64,000 nucleotides of DNA, taken from NCBI RefSeq assembly GCF_009914755.1, contig NC_060947.1. The stretch is one strand, 5' to 3'. The notes beneath the pieces are model-generated. The model did no database searches and was not told where the DNA came from. It saw nothing but the letters and a program-made list of their open reading frames with translations. The position numbers and the translations under genes are program-made. This DNA comes from the human T2T-CHM13v2.0 reference genome, Homo sapiens. How positions within the stretch are numbered: the first letter of the stretch is position 1; each line of letters starts with the position of its first letter. Of this stretch, positions 13,310 through 41,625 are shown piece after piece.

Positions 13310-14560
13310 GAAATTCTTCAAATACTTGCCTATTACATTATCTTCAATTACATTCATCACATTGTTTCAAAAACCTACTCCAGTCTGATTTCCCTGCCTG
13401 CTCCCCCCAAACTCCATGAAAATTGCTACTGTTCAGGTTATCAGTGATCTCCAATGATCATTCAATAAGATCATCAGTGATCTTCAGTGATCATTTATTA
13501 ATCTCCATCTTTATATATCATCAGTCCTTGATCGTTCTGTTTTCCATGAAAAACTCTCTAGGTTTTCTTGGTAACTCACTGGTCACTTTTTAGTCTTTTT
13601 TTTTTTATTGGTTCCTCTTTATTTCTTCAATCTCTTAATGCCCCAGGGCTCGGTCTGTAGACTGCTTTTCTATCTACACTGTCTCCCTTGGCCACTTCAT
13701 ATAGGCTTATAGCTTTAAATGTCATTTGTAAGTTGAAAGGCCTCAAACGTATGTCTAGCCTGACCTCACTTTTTACTCCAGGCTTGTAAATCCAGCTACC
13801 TACTTGACATCTTCCATGTGGATATCTAACAGACTCAATATATTCAAATTGAGATGCCAATATTGCCCCTAAGACTTGTTCCACTGCACACCTACTTCCT
13901 CATCTCAGTAAATGGCAGCTTCATCTTTCTGTTTGCTAAGGCTATAAATGTGATATCATTCTTTCTCACAATTCATATCTAATTTGTCACTAAATTATGT
14001 TGGCTCTACCTTCAAAATGTATCTAAAGTCTGGCCATTTTTCATAACTTCTACTGCTACCACCCTGATTTGAACTATCTTTATTCCATAGCTCGTTTATT
14101 GCAATGGCCTCTTTACTAGACTGCTTTTGCTCTTGTTCCTTTATTGTCTGTACTTAAATACCACGCAAAAACTACAGTGGCTTCCCATTTCACTCAGAGG
14201 GAAATAAAATACTCAAGAATAGCCTACAAGATAGTGTATGATCAACCCCACCTGACTTTACCCTCTTATCTTTTAAAATTCCATCTTCTACTACTCTCAC
14301 TCATAACATTGAACCATATAAAATTTCTGTATTCATAGGTCAAAATGGTCAAATATCAGCAATTCTAAGTGTTTGGTTCATCCTAACAGCTGACTGTGCT
14401 TCTTTTACACTGACATCATTGCTGTTCCTTGAGCAAGCGAAATGTCTCTCACCTCAGAGCCTTTGGACCTGTATTACTTCTATATTAAAATTTATTTTTT
14501 CACTATCTTCAGGTCTCTGCTCCTTATCTTCACAAATTGGGCTATCTTAGGGACCTTAAC
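13310..14560 (+). mobile_element. L2 fragment
   Basis: tctagcctgacctc...ccagctacctacttgacatcttccatgtggatatctaacag...catctcagtaaatggca, typical of the L2 body. Confidence 0.75.
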
Positions 14561-14603
14561 ATTCTGATCATCTTTATCTTGCTCAACTCTTCCCCATACT
14601 ATT

Positions 14604-15400
14604 TGTATTAGTCAGTGTATAATTACTTCTGTTACAAACACCATACACATCTTAGTGGCTTGACATACAAAAAAATTATTTCTCACACATAAAACAGTTA
14701 AATGTAGGTGTTCCTGGTCATTAGGCAGCTTTTCTATAATTGGTAATTCAGGAAAGACAGTATCTGTCTTCCATGTAGTCAAAGATTGACCATTTTCTGT
14801 GACTTCATAGTCCTCTGCCAGATCCTGTCTATCCAGCTGGCCAAAAATTGAAGACAGCAAGAGTGAGAGAGAGAAAGAGAGACAGAGAGGAAGTTTTCTA
14901 GAGCAGCGATGTCCAATAGAAACATTAAGATGAGTAATATATATATAATTTAAAATGTATCAATTGTCACATTTTAAAAAGGCAAAAAGAAACAGGTAAT
15001 ATTAATTTTAATAATATATTGTATTTAACTCAATATGCCCAAACTACTATAATTTAAACATTCAATCAATATCAGATTATTAATGATGTATTTAAAGTTA
15101 TTTTTAAATACAAGATCTTCAAAATCTTGTGTTTTACACTTAAAGCACATCTCAATTTATAACAACCATCTTTTAAGTGATCAATAGCCATATGTATCTA
15201 GTGACTACTATATTGGGCAGTATAGCTCTAGTCATTTTATGAGATAGGCCTATACATGACACCTGTCATTTCTGCCAAAATTCCATCTGGCCAAAAATAA
15301 GGCACAAAAGTCCCAACCCAATGAGAGGGGATCTAAGAAATTCAATTTAGCTAAATGCTCAAGGAAAGGAGGAGAAAAACAAATACTAGTAAGTATAATA
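14604..15400. mobile_element. Old MaLR/LTR33-like LTR interrupted by a MER33 element
   Basis: tgtattagtcag...catcttagtggcttgac...tatttctcac; LTR-like sequence resumes after 15230. Confidence 0.5.
14902..15228. mobile_element. MER33/MER3-type hAT-Charlie element
   Basis: cagcgatgtccaatagaa...aaaagaaacaggt...cacttaaagcacatctcaattt...caatagccatatgt...tattgggcag. Confidence 0.75.
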
Positions 15401-15552
15401 ATCTTTGCCAAATTTTTAGTAATTTTAGTAAATATTGGATCCTTTACAGTTCTTTGGGTTGTTTTCCTTTCTTTACCTTCCACTTACTTGTTCAAACATC
15501 CGTTAATATCAGTATGTACTCATGGATGTTTACTTAATTCTCTTGGTTTTAA

Positions 15553-15934
<382 letters not shown>

Positions 15935-16671
15935 GGTTCCTGTGTCCTTTTGACCATAGTGTTCATCCTATTATTATTCATTTGCTTATTTTTCACTTCT
16001 TTCTCCAGCAGTGAGAAACCTGGGTCTATAATGGGAACAATATATTTACTTGTTAAAGCCTTGGATATGTAATTTGGTTTCAGACTTGCTAACTCATACC
16101 AGTGTGAGAAACAAATTAACCAACTTGAATAGTGTTAGTGTATAGTTCTTTCTGTCTCTAGCCTCACAGTATTCAGATACTTGTTTCTAAATTCATTTAG
16201 TTACAAAGTTACTTTTCTTCCTCATCCCTTTCGGTGTGCTTATAGCATTCATTTGTAATATAGTTAGATTCCTATGTCTGTATCTTTGGTCTCCTGATAC
16301 TCTGATTTATTTTTTTAGTTTGCATATGGCATAATTTACTCTTTTTGGTGTACAATTCTATGGATTTGACAAATGCATGAAGTCGTATGTCCAAAAATAG
16401 TACCATACAGAAGAGTTACATCACTCTGAAAATTCCTTTGTATTGCTCCTTTGTAATCAACACCTCCTCCTATCCCCAACCACTGGCAACCATTCATCTG
16501 TTTTCTTTCCGTATAGTTTTACTTTTTTTCCAGAATTTCATTGTAAATGGATCATACATTATGTACTACGAAGGGTCTGGCTTCTTTCACTTAGCAAAAT
16601 ATATTTAAGATTCATTCATGATGTCATGTGAACCAATAATTTATTTCTGTTTATTTCTGAGTAGAATTCCA

Positions 16672-16968
<297 letters not shown>

Positions 16969-17131
16969 CTCCAGTTTGTTTTTTTGTTTACATGTTGGTG
17001 GATATTTGAGTTGATTTTAGTTAGTGACAGTTAGGAATAAAATTGACATTTGAGTGCAAGGTTTTTTGTGAACATGTTTTCAATTTACTTGGGTAAATAC
17101 ATATGAGTGGGATTGGTGGGTTCTATGTTAA

Positions 17132-17593
<462 letters not shown>

Positions 17594-17922
17594 TAGCCAT
17601 GCTCACAGGTTTACAGTAGTATCTCATGTTGGTCTTAATTTATATTTCTCTAATGATTAATGATGTTGAGGATCCCTTTATAAGCTTATTTCTCATCTGT
17701 ATATTTTCTTTAGTAAAACGTCTCTTTCAAATATTTGCCTTTAAAAAAACTGGATTTGTGTTTCTTATTGTTGAGTTTTGAGTTTTTATGTATGTGATTT
17801 GCAAATATTTTCTCTCTGTGACCTGTCCTTTCAGTTTCTTAACAGTGTTTTTCACAGAGCAAGTGTTAAATTGTGATGAAGTGCAATTAAAGGTTTTTAA
17901 TAGATTGTATTTTGGGGCTCCA

Positions 17923-19216
17923 ATTTTTTTATTTCAATAGTTTTGGGGTGGGGGTACAGGTGCTTCTTGGTTACATAGATAAGTTCTCCGGTGGTGATTG
18001 CTGAGATTTTAGTGTACCCATCACCCAAGCAGTGTACACTGTACCCAATATGTAGTCTTTTATCCCTCATCCTTCTTCCAATTTCCCCCGAGTCCTCAAA
18101 TTACATTTTATCATTTTTATGCCTTTATGTCCTCATAGCTTTTATGCTTTTGTGTCCTCATAGCTCCCACTTATAAGTGAGTACATACAATATTTGGTTT
18201 TCTATTCTTGAGTTACTTAAGAATAATGGCCTCCAGCTTCATCCAAGTTGTGGCAAAAGACATTATTTTGTTCTTTTTACGGCTGAATATAGTATTCCAT
18301 GGTGTACATATAGCACATTTTCTTTATCCACTGATTGGTTGATGGGCACTTACATTGGTTCCGTATTTTTGCAGTTGTGAATTGTGCTGCTATAAACATG
18401 CATATGTATGTGTCTTTTTCACATCATGATTTCCTTTTCATTTGGGTAAATATCCAGTAGTGACATTGCTGGATCAAGTTGTAGTTCTACATTAGTTCTT
18501 TAATGACTCTCCATACTGTGTTCCATGGTAGTTGTTGTACTAATTTACATTCCCACCAGTAGTGTAAAAGTGTTTCCTTTTCACCACATCCATGCCAACA
18601 TCGATCGTTTTATGACTTTTTAATTATGGCCATTCTTGCAGGAGTAAGATGGTATCTCATTGCGGTTTTAATTTTCATTTCCCTAAAGATTAGTGATATT
18701 GAGCATTTTTATCATGTTTGTTGGCTGTTTGAATATCTTCTATTGAGAAACGTCTATTCGTGTCCTTTGCTCAACTTTTTATGGGATTTTCAATTTCTAA
18801 TTTATTTTTATTATTTTTTATTGCTGATTTGAGTTCCGTGTAGATTCTGAATACCAGTCCTTTGCCAGATGCAAAGTTTGCAAATATTTTCTCCCACTCT
18901 GTGGGTTGTCTGTTTACTCTGTTGATTATTTCTTTTGGTGTGCAGAAGCTTCTTAGTTTAATTAGGTCCCATTTATTTATTTTTGTTTTTGCTGCATTTG
19001 CTTTTGGGATCTTTGTCATGAATTATTTGCCTAAATCAATGTCCAGAAGAGTTTTTTTAAATTTTTTTATTTTTATGGCTTCAGGTGTCAGATTTAAGTC
19101 TTTGATCCATCTTGAGTTGATTTTTGTATGAGGTGAGAGATGAGGAACTGGTTTCATTTTTCTGACTTGCCAGTTCTCCCAGCACCATTTATTGAAGAGG
19201 ATTTTCTGTCCCCAAT
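17923..19216 (-). mobile_element. L1PB 3' end, truncated at an AT microsatellite
   Basis: ttatttcaatagttttgggg...ggttacatagataagttct; ORF 18771..19019 is the ORF2p C-terminal region ([14 protein letters not shown]). Confidence 0.85.
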
Positions 19217-20320
<1,104 letters not shown>

Positions 20321-20524
20321 AGAGTTTTTTACAAAAGTATTTCTGGTGGTTTTTTGGCTAAGGTATTCTTTAAGATTGTTACCTTATAAAAGAAATTTAG
20401 CAAAATTTTATTTTTTAAAGAATAGACATTGTACTTTTAGTCTATTAATAGGACTTCAAGTTGATTGATATATTAATTGGCAAAAAGAAATACGTTGACA
20501 GTCTCTGAACATAAAGTATCTTTT

Positions 20525-32005
<11,481 letters not shown>

Positions 32006-34534
32006 CAGAATATACATTCTTATTTGCACATGGCATATAATCTAAAATTGAACACAATTGTCCATAAAACAATTCTCAGCAAATTAAAACAATACTGAAA
32101 TTATATAAACCACATTTTCAGATCACGACACAATATACATCAAAATCAATACTAAGATGATTACATAAAGTCACAGAATTACGTGGAAGTTAAACAACCT
32201 GCTCCTCAATAATTTTTGCTTAAACAATAAAATAAAGGCAGAAATCCAGGAATTATTTGAAACTCATGAGAAAAAAATACAACATAGCTGAACAAGAGAA
32301 AATATTTGCAAACTATGAATGTGACAAAGGTCTACTTCCAGCATCTATAAGGTACTTAAACAAATTAATTACCAAAAATAAAGACCTAACCCATTAAAAA
32401 GAGGGCAAAGGACATGGACACTTTTCCAAAGATGACATACATGCAGCCAACACGCATATGAAAAAATGCTAAACCTCACTAATAATTAGAGAAATGCAAA
32501 TTAAAACCACAAGGAGATACCATCTCACGCCAGCCCAAAGACTATTATATGAAGAGTCAAAAAATAACAGCTGCTGGCAAGGTGGTGGAGAAGGGAATGT
32601 TTATACACTGCTGGTGTGAATGCAAATTAGTTCAGCCATTTTGGAAAGCCGTGTGGTAATTTCTCAAAGATCTTGAGTCAGAATTACTATTTTACTCAGC
32701 AATCCCATTATTGGGTATATACCCAATGGAATATAAATTGTTCCACCCATGAAGACACCTGTATGCATATGTTCATTCCAGTATTTTTCACACTAGCAAA
32801 GACATAATTATTCTAAATGTCCATCAATGGTAGACTGGATAAAGAGACCTGGGGATTTTGAAGCAGAGGAAAAATGGTGTATAGGAGGCAGGACTAAATT
32901 GTAGCTCCCAATTGAACAGAGAGAGCAGCATGTGGAGACTTGGATGATGAACTTTTCCTCCAAGAACTCTGCAGGAATATACCAGAAAAGCCAAGAGAAT
33001 CCACAGTCCCTTTGAGGGAAGCAGATTGCTCCTTCAGAACCTGGGAAACAGACCAAATACTGTGAGTGTCCAAACTGTGAAAGTGGGAAAGGTGAATCAT
33101 CTGCCCTGGAACACACACCTTCACTGGGGAACCTGAAGATCTAGATCATGAGAGGATTGGACTTTACCTAAAGTTGAGTTAATTGAGAGAGCAGAGTGAA
33201 ATACAGAGGTAGAGGAAGCAGTGAGGAAAGACCTGTTGGCTCTCTGGGTGCCCAGGGAAGCCATTTCTGATTTGACTCACTGGGATCCTTGGGGAGGGTT
33301 GCCAGAGGAACTGGGAAAATAACACAGAAAGAAAATATCCACCTGAACTTTGTAACAATTCCCACTGAATGTGAGATTTCCTGGCCAGAACTTGGGGGAG
33401 GGTGTGAATCTTGTGTGCAGACTTGACAGGTGGGGAGGTACAAAAGTCCTGCTTACTATTGCAGCTGGGAGGCTTATAGCCTGGGGCAAGTCTTCAGCCC
33501 TGCTTGCCCATTGCCTGAAAACAAACTCGGTTCTGTCAGTAGAGGGGAGGAGCATGACGGGAGCAAGACCAGCCTTTGGGTTGCATGGGAGCTGGCTGAG
33601 GCCCGTGGCAGCCAGATTTCCCCAACTTCTCTGGCAACCTGCATGACACAGCAGAGGCAGCCATAATCCTTCTGGAAACAACTCCATTTACTTGGGAACC
33701 ACACCCCCATCCCCCACAGCAGCCACAGCAAGCACCGCCCAAGGAGGGTCTGAACTTAGACATGCCTAACCTTGTCCCCACCTGATGGATCTTCCCTACT
33801 CACCCTGGTAACTGAAAACAAGGGTCACATTCTCTTGGGAGCTCTAGGGTCCTGGCCACTGCCTGATCCTCTGTATAATACCACAGCTGATGCACTCTTG
33901 AAAGCACCACCTTCTCTCAGGAGGCCAAGCAGCACAAAACTAGTGCATTAAACAATTACAACTAAGGACCCTCACAGAGTTCATTTAACTCCCCGGCCAC
34001 CTCCACAGGAGCAGGCGCTAGTATCCATGGCTGATAGACCTGAAGGCAGTTCACATCAAAGGACTATGTGCAGACACACCCCAGTACCAGCCCAGAGCCT
34101 GATAGCCAAGCTTGGTGGCTAGATCCAGAAGAGAAATAACAATCACTATAGTTCATCTCTCAGGAAACCACATCCTTAGGAAAAGGGGAGATTACCACAT
34201 CAAGGGAGCAACCCAAGGGACAAAGAACCTGAACAGCAGCATTCAGCCCCAAATCTTCCCTCTAACATAGCCTACCTAAATGATAAGAAACCAGAAAAAC
34301 AATTCGGGTCATATGACAAAACAAACTTCTCTAACACCCTCCAAAAATCACATTAGCTTACTAGCAATAGCTCCTAACGAAGAAGAAATCGCTGAATTGC
34401 CTGAAAAGGAATTCAGAAAGATAATCAAAGAGGCACCAGAGAAAGTGAGTCCAAATTAAGGAAATGAAAAAAAGACACAAGATATAGGTGGAGAAATCTT
34501 CAGTGAAATATATAGCATAAAAAATATAATGACA

Positions 34535-35014
34535 TTTGAGTTGGTTCCAAGTCTTTGCTATTGTGAATAATGCCGCAATAAACATATATGTGCATGTGTC
34601 TTTATAGCAGCATGATTTATAGTCCTTTGGGTATATACCCAGTAATGGGATGGCTGGGTCAAATGGTATTTCTAGTTCTAGATCCCTGAGGAATCGCCAC
34701 ACTGACTTCCACAATGGTTGAACTAGTTTACAGTCCCACCAACAGTGTAAAAGTGTTCCTATTTCTCCACATCCTCTCCAGCACCTGTTGTTTCCTGACA
34801 TTTTAATGATTGCCATTCTAACTGGTGTGAGATGGTATCTCATTGTGGTTTTGATTGGGGTGGGGGGAGGGGGGAGGGATAGCATTGGGAGATATACCTA
34901 ATGCTAGATGACGAGTTAGTGGGTGCAGCGCACCAGCATGGCACATGTATACATATGTAACTAACCTGCACAATGGGCACATGTACCCTAAAACTTAAAG
35001 TATAATAAAAAAAT
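34535..35014 (+). mobile_element. Young 5'-inverted L1PA2/3 (inverted 34535-34856, direct 34857-35014)
   Basis: TSD atataatgaca at 34524-34534 and 35015-35025. The 3' UTR gcattgggagatatacctaatgctagatgacGAGttagtgggtgcagcgcacc carries GAG, not the L1HS ACA. Confidence 0.9.
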
Positions 35015-35191
35015 ATATAATGACAACTTCAGGAAATAAAGGACACACTTAGGGAAATGCAAAATGTACTGGAAAGTCTCAGTAATAGAATCGAACAAGC
35101 AGATGAAAGAACTTCAAACTCAACAACAAGGTTTTTGAATTAACTCAACCCAACAAAGACAAAGAAAATAATTTCTAAAAATGAACAAAGC

Positions 35192-35596
35192 TGGAGATTG
35201 CTGACAAGAAGCCCAATAGGAAGAGCTCCAGTCTGCATCTCCCAGTGAGATCGAAGCAGAAGGTGGGTGATTTCTGCATTTCCAACTGAGGTACCTGGTT
35301 CATCTAATTGGGACTGGTTAGACAGTGGGTGCAGCCCATGGAGGGCGAGCCGAAGCAGGGTGGGGCATCACCTCACCTGGGAAGAGCCAGGGGTCAGGAA
35401 TTTTCTCCCCTACCTAAGGGAAGCCAGGAGGGACTAAGCCTGAGGAACCGTGCACTCCAGCCCAGGTATTGTGCTGGTCCCCCGGTCTTCACAACCCACA
35501 GACCAGAAGATTCCCTGGGGTCCTTACCCCATCAGGGCCCTGCGTTTCACGTGCAAAACTGGGCAGCTATTGGGCAGACATCAAAGGAGCTGTAGG

Positions 35597-35628
<32 letters not shown>

Positions 35629-38600
35629 CCATATCCTAGTGGCACCTGGAATGCCAGTGAGACAGAAGCATTCACTCCCCTGGAAAGGGGTGCTGAAGCC
35701 AGGGAGCCAAGTGGTCAGGCTCAGCAGGTCCCAACCCCATGGATCCCAGCAAATTAAGATCCACTGGTTAGAAATTCTCAGTGCCAGCACAGCAGCAGGC
35801 TGAGATCGACCTGGGATGCTCGAGCTTGGTTGGGGGAGGAGTGTCTGCCATTGCTGAGATTGAGTAGGGGGTTTTATGCTCAAAGTATAAACAAAGCCGC
35901 AGGGAAGTTCAAACTGGGTGGAGCCCACTGCAGCTCAGCAAGAATGCTGTGGCCAGACTGCCAGATTTCTTCTCTCTGGGCAGGGCATCTCTGAAAAAAA
36001 GGCAGCAGCCCCAGCCAGGGACTTAAAGATAAAACCACCATTTCCCTGGGACAGAACATCTGGGGGAAGGGGCGGCTGTGGGAACAGCTTCAGAGGACTT
36101 ACACGTCTCTAGTTGATGGCTCTGAAGAGAGTAGGGGACCTTACAGCACAGTGTTCGAGCTCTGCTAAGGGTCAGACTGCCTCCTCAAGTTGGTCCCTGA
36201 CCCCCATGTATCCTGACTCGGAGACACCTCCCAGTAGAGGCCAACAGATATGTCATACAGAAGAGATCTGGCTGGCATCTAGCAGGTGACCCTCTGGGAT
36301 GAAGCTTCAAGAAGAAAGAACGGGCAGCAATCTTTGCTGTTCTGCACTTCTGTTGGTGATACCCAGGAAAACAGGGTCGGGAGTGGACCTCCAGCAAACT
36401 CCAGCAGACCTGCAGCAGAGGGGCAAGACTGTTAGAAGGAAAACTAACACACAGAAAGGAATAGCACGTCCACTCAAAGACCCCATCCAAAGGTCACCAA
36501 CATCAAAGACTAAAGGTAGATAAATCCACAAAGATTGGGAGAACCCAGGGAAAAAAGGCTTAAAATTCCAAAAACCAGAATGCCTCTCCTCCTCCAAAGG
36601 ATGAAAACTCCTTGCCAGCAAAGGAACAAAACTGGATGGAGAATGAGTTTGACGAATTGACAGAAGTAAGATTCAGAAGGTGGGTAATAACAAACTCCTC
36701 TGAGCTGAAGGAGAATGTTCTAACCCAATGGAAGGAAGCTAAAAACCTTGAAAAAAGGTTAGATGAATTGCTAACTAGAATAACCAGTTTAGAGAAAAAC
36801 TTAAATGACCTGATGGAGCTGAAAAACACAGCACAAGAACTTCATGAAGTATACACAAGTATCAATAGCTGAATTGATGAAGCAGAAGAATGGATATCAG
36901 TGATTGAAAAACAACTTAAAGAAATAGGGCAACAAGACAAGATTAGAGAAAAAAGAATAGAAAGGAATGAACAAAGCATCCAAGAAATATGGGACTATGT
37001 AAAAAGACGAAATCTACATTTGATTGTTGTACCTGAAAGTGATGGGGAGAATGGAACCAAGTTGGAAAACACTCTTCAGGATATTATCCAGGAGATCTTC
37101 TCCAACCTAATAAGACAGGCCAACGTTCAAATTCAGAAAATACAGAGAATACCACAAAGATACTCCTCAAAAAGAGCAACCCCAAGACATATAATTGTCA
37201 GATTCACCAAAGTTGAAATGAAGGAAAAAATGTTAAGGGCAGCCAGAGAGAAAAGTCGGGTTACCGACAAAGGGAAGCCCATAAGACTAACAGTCGATCT
37301 CTAAGAGATTGGGGCCAATATTCAACATTCTTAAAGAAAATAATTTTCAACCCAGAATTTCATATCCAGCCAAACTAAGCTTCATAAGCAAAGGAAAAAT
37401 AAAATCCTTTACAGACAAGCAAATGCTGAGAGATTTTGTCACCACCAGGCCTGCCTTACAAGAGCTCCTGAAGGAAGCACTAAACATGGAAAGGAACAAC
37501 TGATAGCATCCACTGCAAAAGCATACCAAATTATTAAAAAAATCGACCCTATGAAAAAACTGCATCAACTAATGGGCAAAACAACCAGCTAGCATCATAA
37601 TGATACGATCAAATTCACACTTAACAATATTAACCTTAAATGTAAACGGGCTAAATGCCCCAATTAAGAGACACACACTGGCAAATTGGATAAAGACTTA
37701 AGACCCATCAGTGTGCTGTATTCAGGAGACCCATCTCACATGCAAAGACACACATAGGCTCAAAATAAAGGGATGGAGGAAGATCTACCAAGCAAATGGA
37801 AAGCAAAAAATAGCTGGAGTTGCAATCCTGGTCTCTGATAAAACAGACTTTAAACCAACAAAGATCAAAAGAGACAAAGAAGGCCATTACATAATGGTAA
37901 AGGGATCAATGCAGCAAGAAGAGCTAACTATCCTAAATATATACACCCCCAATACAGGAGCACCCAGATTCATAAAGCAAGTTCATAGAGACCTACAAAG
38001 AGGCTTAGACTCCCACACAATAACAGTGGTAGACTTCAACACCTCACTGTCAATATTAGACAGATCAATGACCTCACTGTCAATATTAGACAGATCAATG
38101 AGACAGAAAATTAAGAACTTGAACTCAGCTCTGGGCCAAATGGACCTAATAGACATCTACAGAACTCTCCACCGGAAATAGACAGAATATACATTCTTCT
38201 CAGCACCACATTACACTTATTCTAAAATTGACCACATAATTGGAAGTAAAGCATTCCTCAGCAAATGCAACAGAATGGAAATCATAACAGTCTCGCAGAC
38301 CACAGTGCAATCAAAAATTAGAAGTCAGGATTAAGAAACTCACTCAAAACCACACAACTACATGGAAACCAAACAACCTGCTCCTGAATGACTACTGGGT
38401 AAGTAAATAAATGAAGGAAGAAATAAAGATGTTCTTTGAAACCAATGAGGATGAAGATACAATGTACCAGAATCTCTGGGATACATTGAAGGCAGTGTAT
38501 AAAGGAAAATTTATAGCACTAAATGCCCACAAGAGAAAGCAGGAAAGATCTAAAATTGACACCCTAACATCAAAATTAAAAAAAACGAGAAAAGCAATAG

Positions 38601-41600
38601 CAAACAAATACAAAAGCCAGCAGAAGACAAGAAATAATTAAGATCAGAGCAGAACTGAAGGAGATAGAGACATGAAAAACCCTTCAAAAAAAATCAATAA
38701 ATCCAGGAGCTGGTTTTTTGAAATGATCAACAAAATAGATAGACCATGAGCTAGATTAATAAAAAAGAAAAGAGAGAAGAATCAAAGAGATGCAATAAAA
38801 ATGATACAGGGAATATCGCCACTGATCCCACAAAAATACAAACTACCATGAGAGAATACTATAAACATCTCTACACAAATAAACTAGAAAATATAGAAGA
38901 AATGGAGAAATTCCTAGACATATACACACAAGAAGTCTAAACCAGTAAGAAGTTTAATCCCTGAATAGACCAATAACAAGTTCTGAAATTGAGGCAGTAA
39001 TTAATAGCCTACAAACCAAAAAACGTCCAGGACCAGATTCACAGCTGAATTCTACCAGAGGTACAAAGAGGAGCTGGTACCATTCCTTCTGAAACTATTC
39101 CAAACAATAAATAGGTAATCCTCCCTAACTCATTTTATGAGCCCAACAATATCATACCAATACCTGGCAGAGACACAGCAACAAAGAAAATTTCAGGTCA
39201 ATATCCTTGATGAACATTGATGCAAATATCCTCAATGAAATACTGGCAACCGAATCCAGCAGCACGTCAAAAAGCTTATCCACCATGATCAAGTCAGCTT
39301 CATCCCTGGGATGCAAGGCTGGTTCAACATATGCAAATCAATAAATGTAATCCATCACATCAACGGAACCAAAGACAAAAACCACATGATTATCTCAATA
39401 GATGCAGAAAAGGCCTTCAACAAAATACAACACCCCTTCATGCTAAAAACTCTGAATAAACTAGGTATCGATGGAATATATCTCTAAATAATAAGAGCTA
39501 TTTATGACACAGCCAATATCATACTAAATAGGCAAAAACTGGAAGCATTCCATTTAAAAACCGGCACAAGACAAGGATGTCCTCTCTCACCACTCCTATT
39601 CTACATAGTACTGGAAGTTCTGAGCAGGGTAGTCAGGCAAGAGGAAGAAATAAATGATATTCAAATAGAAAGAGAGGAAGTCAAATTGTCTCTGTTTGCA
39701 GATGACATGATTGTATATTTACAAAACCCCATCATCTCAGCCCAAAATCTCCTTAAGCTGTTAAGCAATTTCAGCAAAGTCTCAGGATACAAAAACAATG
39801 TGCAAAAATCACAAGCATTCCTATACACCAATAACAGACAAACAGAGAGTCAAATCATGAGGGAACTTCCATTCACAATTGCTACTAAGAGAATAAAATA
39901 CCTAGGAATACAACTTACAAGAGATGTGAATGACCTCTTCAAGGAGAACTACAAACAACTACTCAAGGAAATAAGAGAGAACACAAACAAATGGAAAAAA
40001 TCCCATGCTCATGGACAGAAAAAAATCAATATGGTGAAAATGGCCATACTGCCCAAGGTAGTTTGTAGATTCAATGCTATCCCCATCAAGCTACCACTGA
40101 CTTTCTTCAAAGAATTTGAAAAAACTACTTCAAACTTCATATGAAACCAAAAAAGAACCCACATAGGCAAAACAATCCTTAGCAAAAAGAACAAAGCTGG
40201 AGGCATCGCGCTGCCTGCTTCAAACTATACTACAAGGCTACAGTAATCAAAACAGCATGGTACTTGAACCAAAACAGATATATAGACCAATGGAACAGAA
40301 CAGAGGCTTGAGAATTAACACCACACATATACAACAATCTGATATTTGACACACCTGACACAAACAAGCAATGTGGAAAACATTCCCTATTTAATAGTGT
40401 TGGGAAAACTGGCTTGCCATATGCAGAAAACTGAAACTGGACCCCTTCCTTACACCTTATATAAAAATCAACTCAAGATGGATTAAAGACTTAAACGTAA
40501 GACCTAAAACCATAAAAATCCTAGAAGAAATCCTTAGCAATACCATTCAGGACATAGGCATGGGCAAAGACTTCATGACTGAAATGCCAAAAGCAATGGC
40601 AACCAAAGCCAAAATTGACAAATGGGATCTAACTAAACTAAAGAGCTTCTATACAGCAAAATAAACTATCATCAGAGTGAACAGGCAACCTAAAGAATGG
40701 GAGAAAATTTTTGCGCTATCAGTCTGACAAATGGCTAATATCGAGAATCTACAAAGAACTTAAACAAATTTACAAGAAAAAAACAAATGACTCCACAAAA
40801 AGTGGGCAAAAGATATCAACAGACACTTCTCAAAAGAAGACATTTATGTAGCCAACAAACATATGAAAAAAATGCTCATCATCACTGGTCATTATTGATA
40901 TGCAAATCAAACCACAATGACATACCATCTCACACCAGTTAGAATGGTGAACATTAAAAAGTCAGGAAACAATAGATGCTGGAGAGGATGTGGAGAAATA
41001 GGAATGCTTTTAAATGGTTGGTGGGAGTGTCAATTAGTTCAACCATTGTGGAAGACAGTGTGGCGATTCCTCAAGGATCTACAACTAGAAATACCATTTG
41101 ATCCAGCAATCCCATTACTGGATATATACCCAAAGGATTATAAATCATTCTACTATAAAGACACATGCCCACGTATGTTTATTGTGGCACTAATTACAAT
41201 AGCAAAGACTTGGAACCAACCCAAATGTTCATCAATAATAGACTGGATAAAGTAAATGTGGCACATATACACCATGAAATACTATGCAGCCATAAAAAGG
41301 GATGAGTTCCTGTTCTTTGCAGGGACGTGGATGAAGCTGGAAACCATCATTCTCAGCAAACTATGACAGGAACAGAAAACCAAACACTGCATGTTCTCAC
41401 TCATAAGTGGGAGTTGACAAATGTGAACACATGGACAAAGGTAGGGGAACATCACACACTTGGGCCTGTCAGGGGGTGGGGGGCTAGGGGAGGGATAGCA
41501 TTAGGAGAAATGCCTAATGTAGATGATGCATTGATGGGTGCATCAAACCACCATGGCACAGGTATACCCATGTAACAGAACTGCATGTTCTGCACATGTA

Positions 41601-41625
41601 CCTCAGAACTAAAAGTATAATTTAA
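35192..41625 (+). mobile_element. Full-length (6.4 kb) inactive L1PA7/8-like element
   Basis: TSD aaaaatgaa(c/t)aaagc at 35177-35191 and 41626-41640. 5' UTR, ORF1p (36612, 36900), EN (37711), RT FADD (39686) and C-terminus (40917) are all present but broken by stops and frameshifts. Confidence 0.92.
38041..38100 (+). repeat. Perfect 30-bp tandem duplication inside the L1 EN domain
   Basis: acctcactgtcaatattagacagatcaatg x2 (TSLSILDRSM x2). Confidence 0.95.

Noticed and set aside
13438-13500. Clustered (t)cagtgatc / tgatca motifs
   Set aside because: A small slippage repeat within a degenerate L2, with no evidence of function.
35192-41625. Full-length L1 as a potentially active element
   Set aside because: Both ORF1 and ORF2 contain multiple stops, frameshifts and small deletions.
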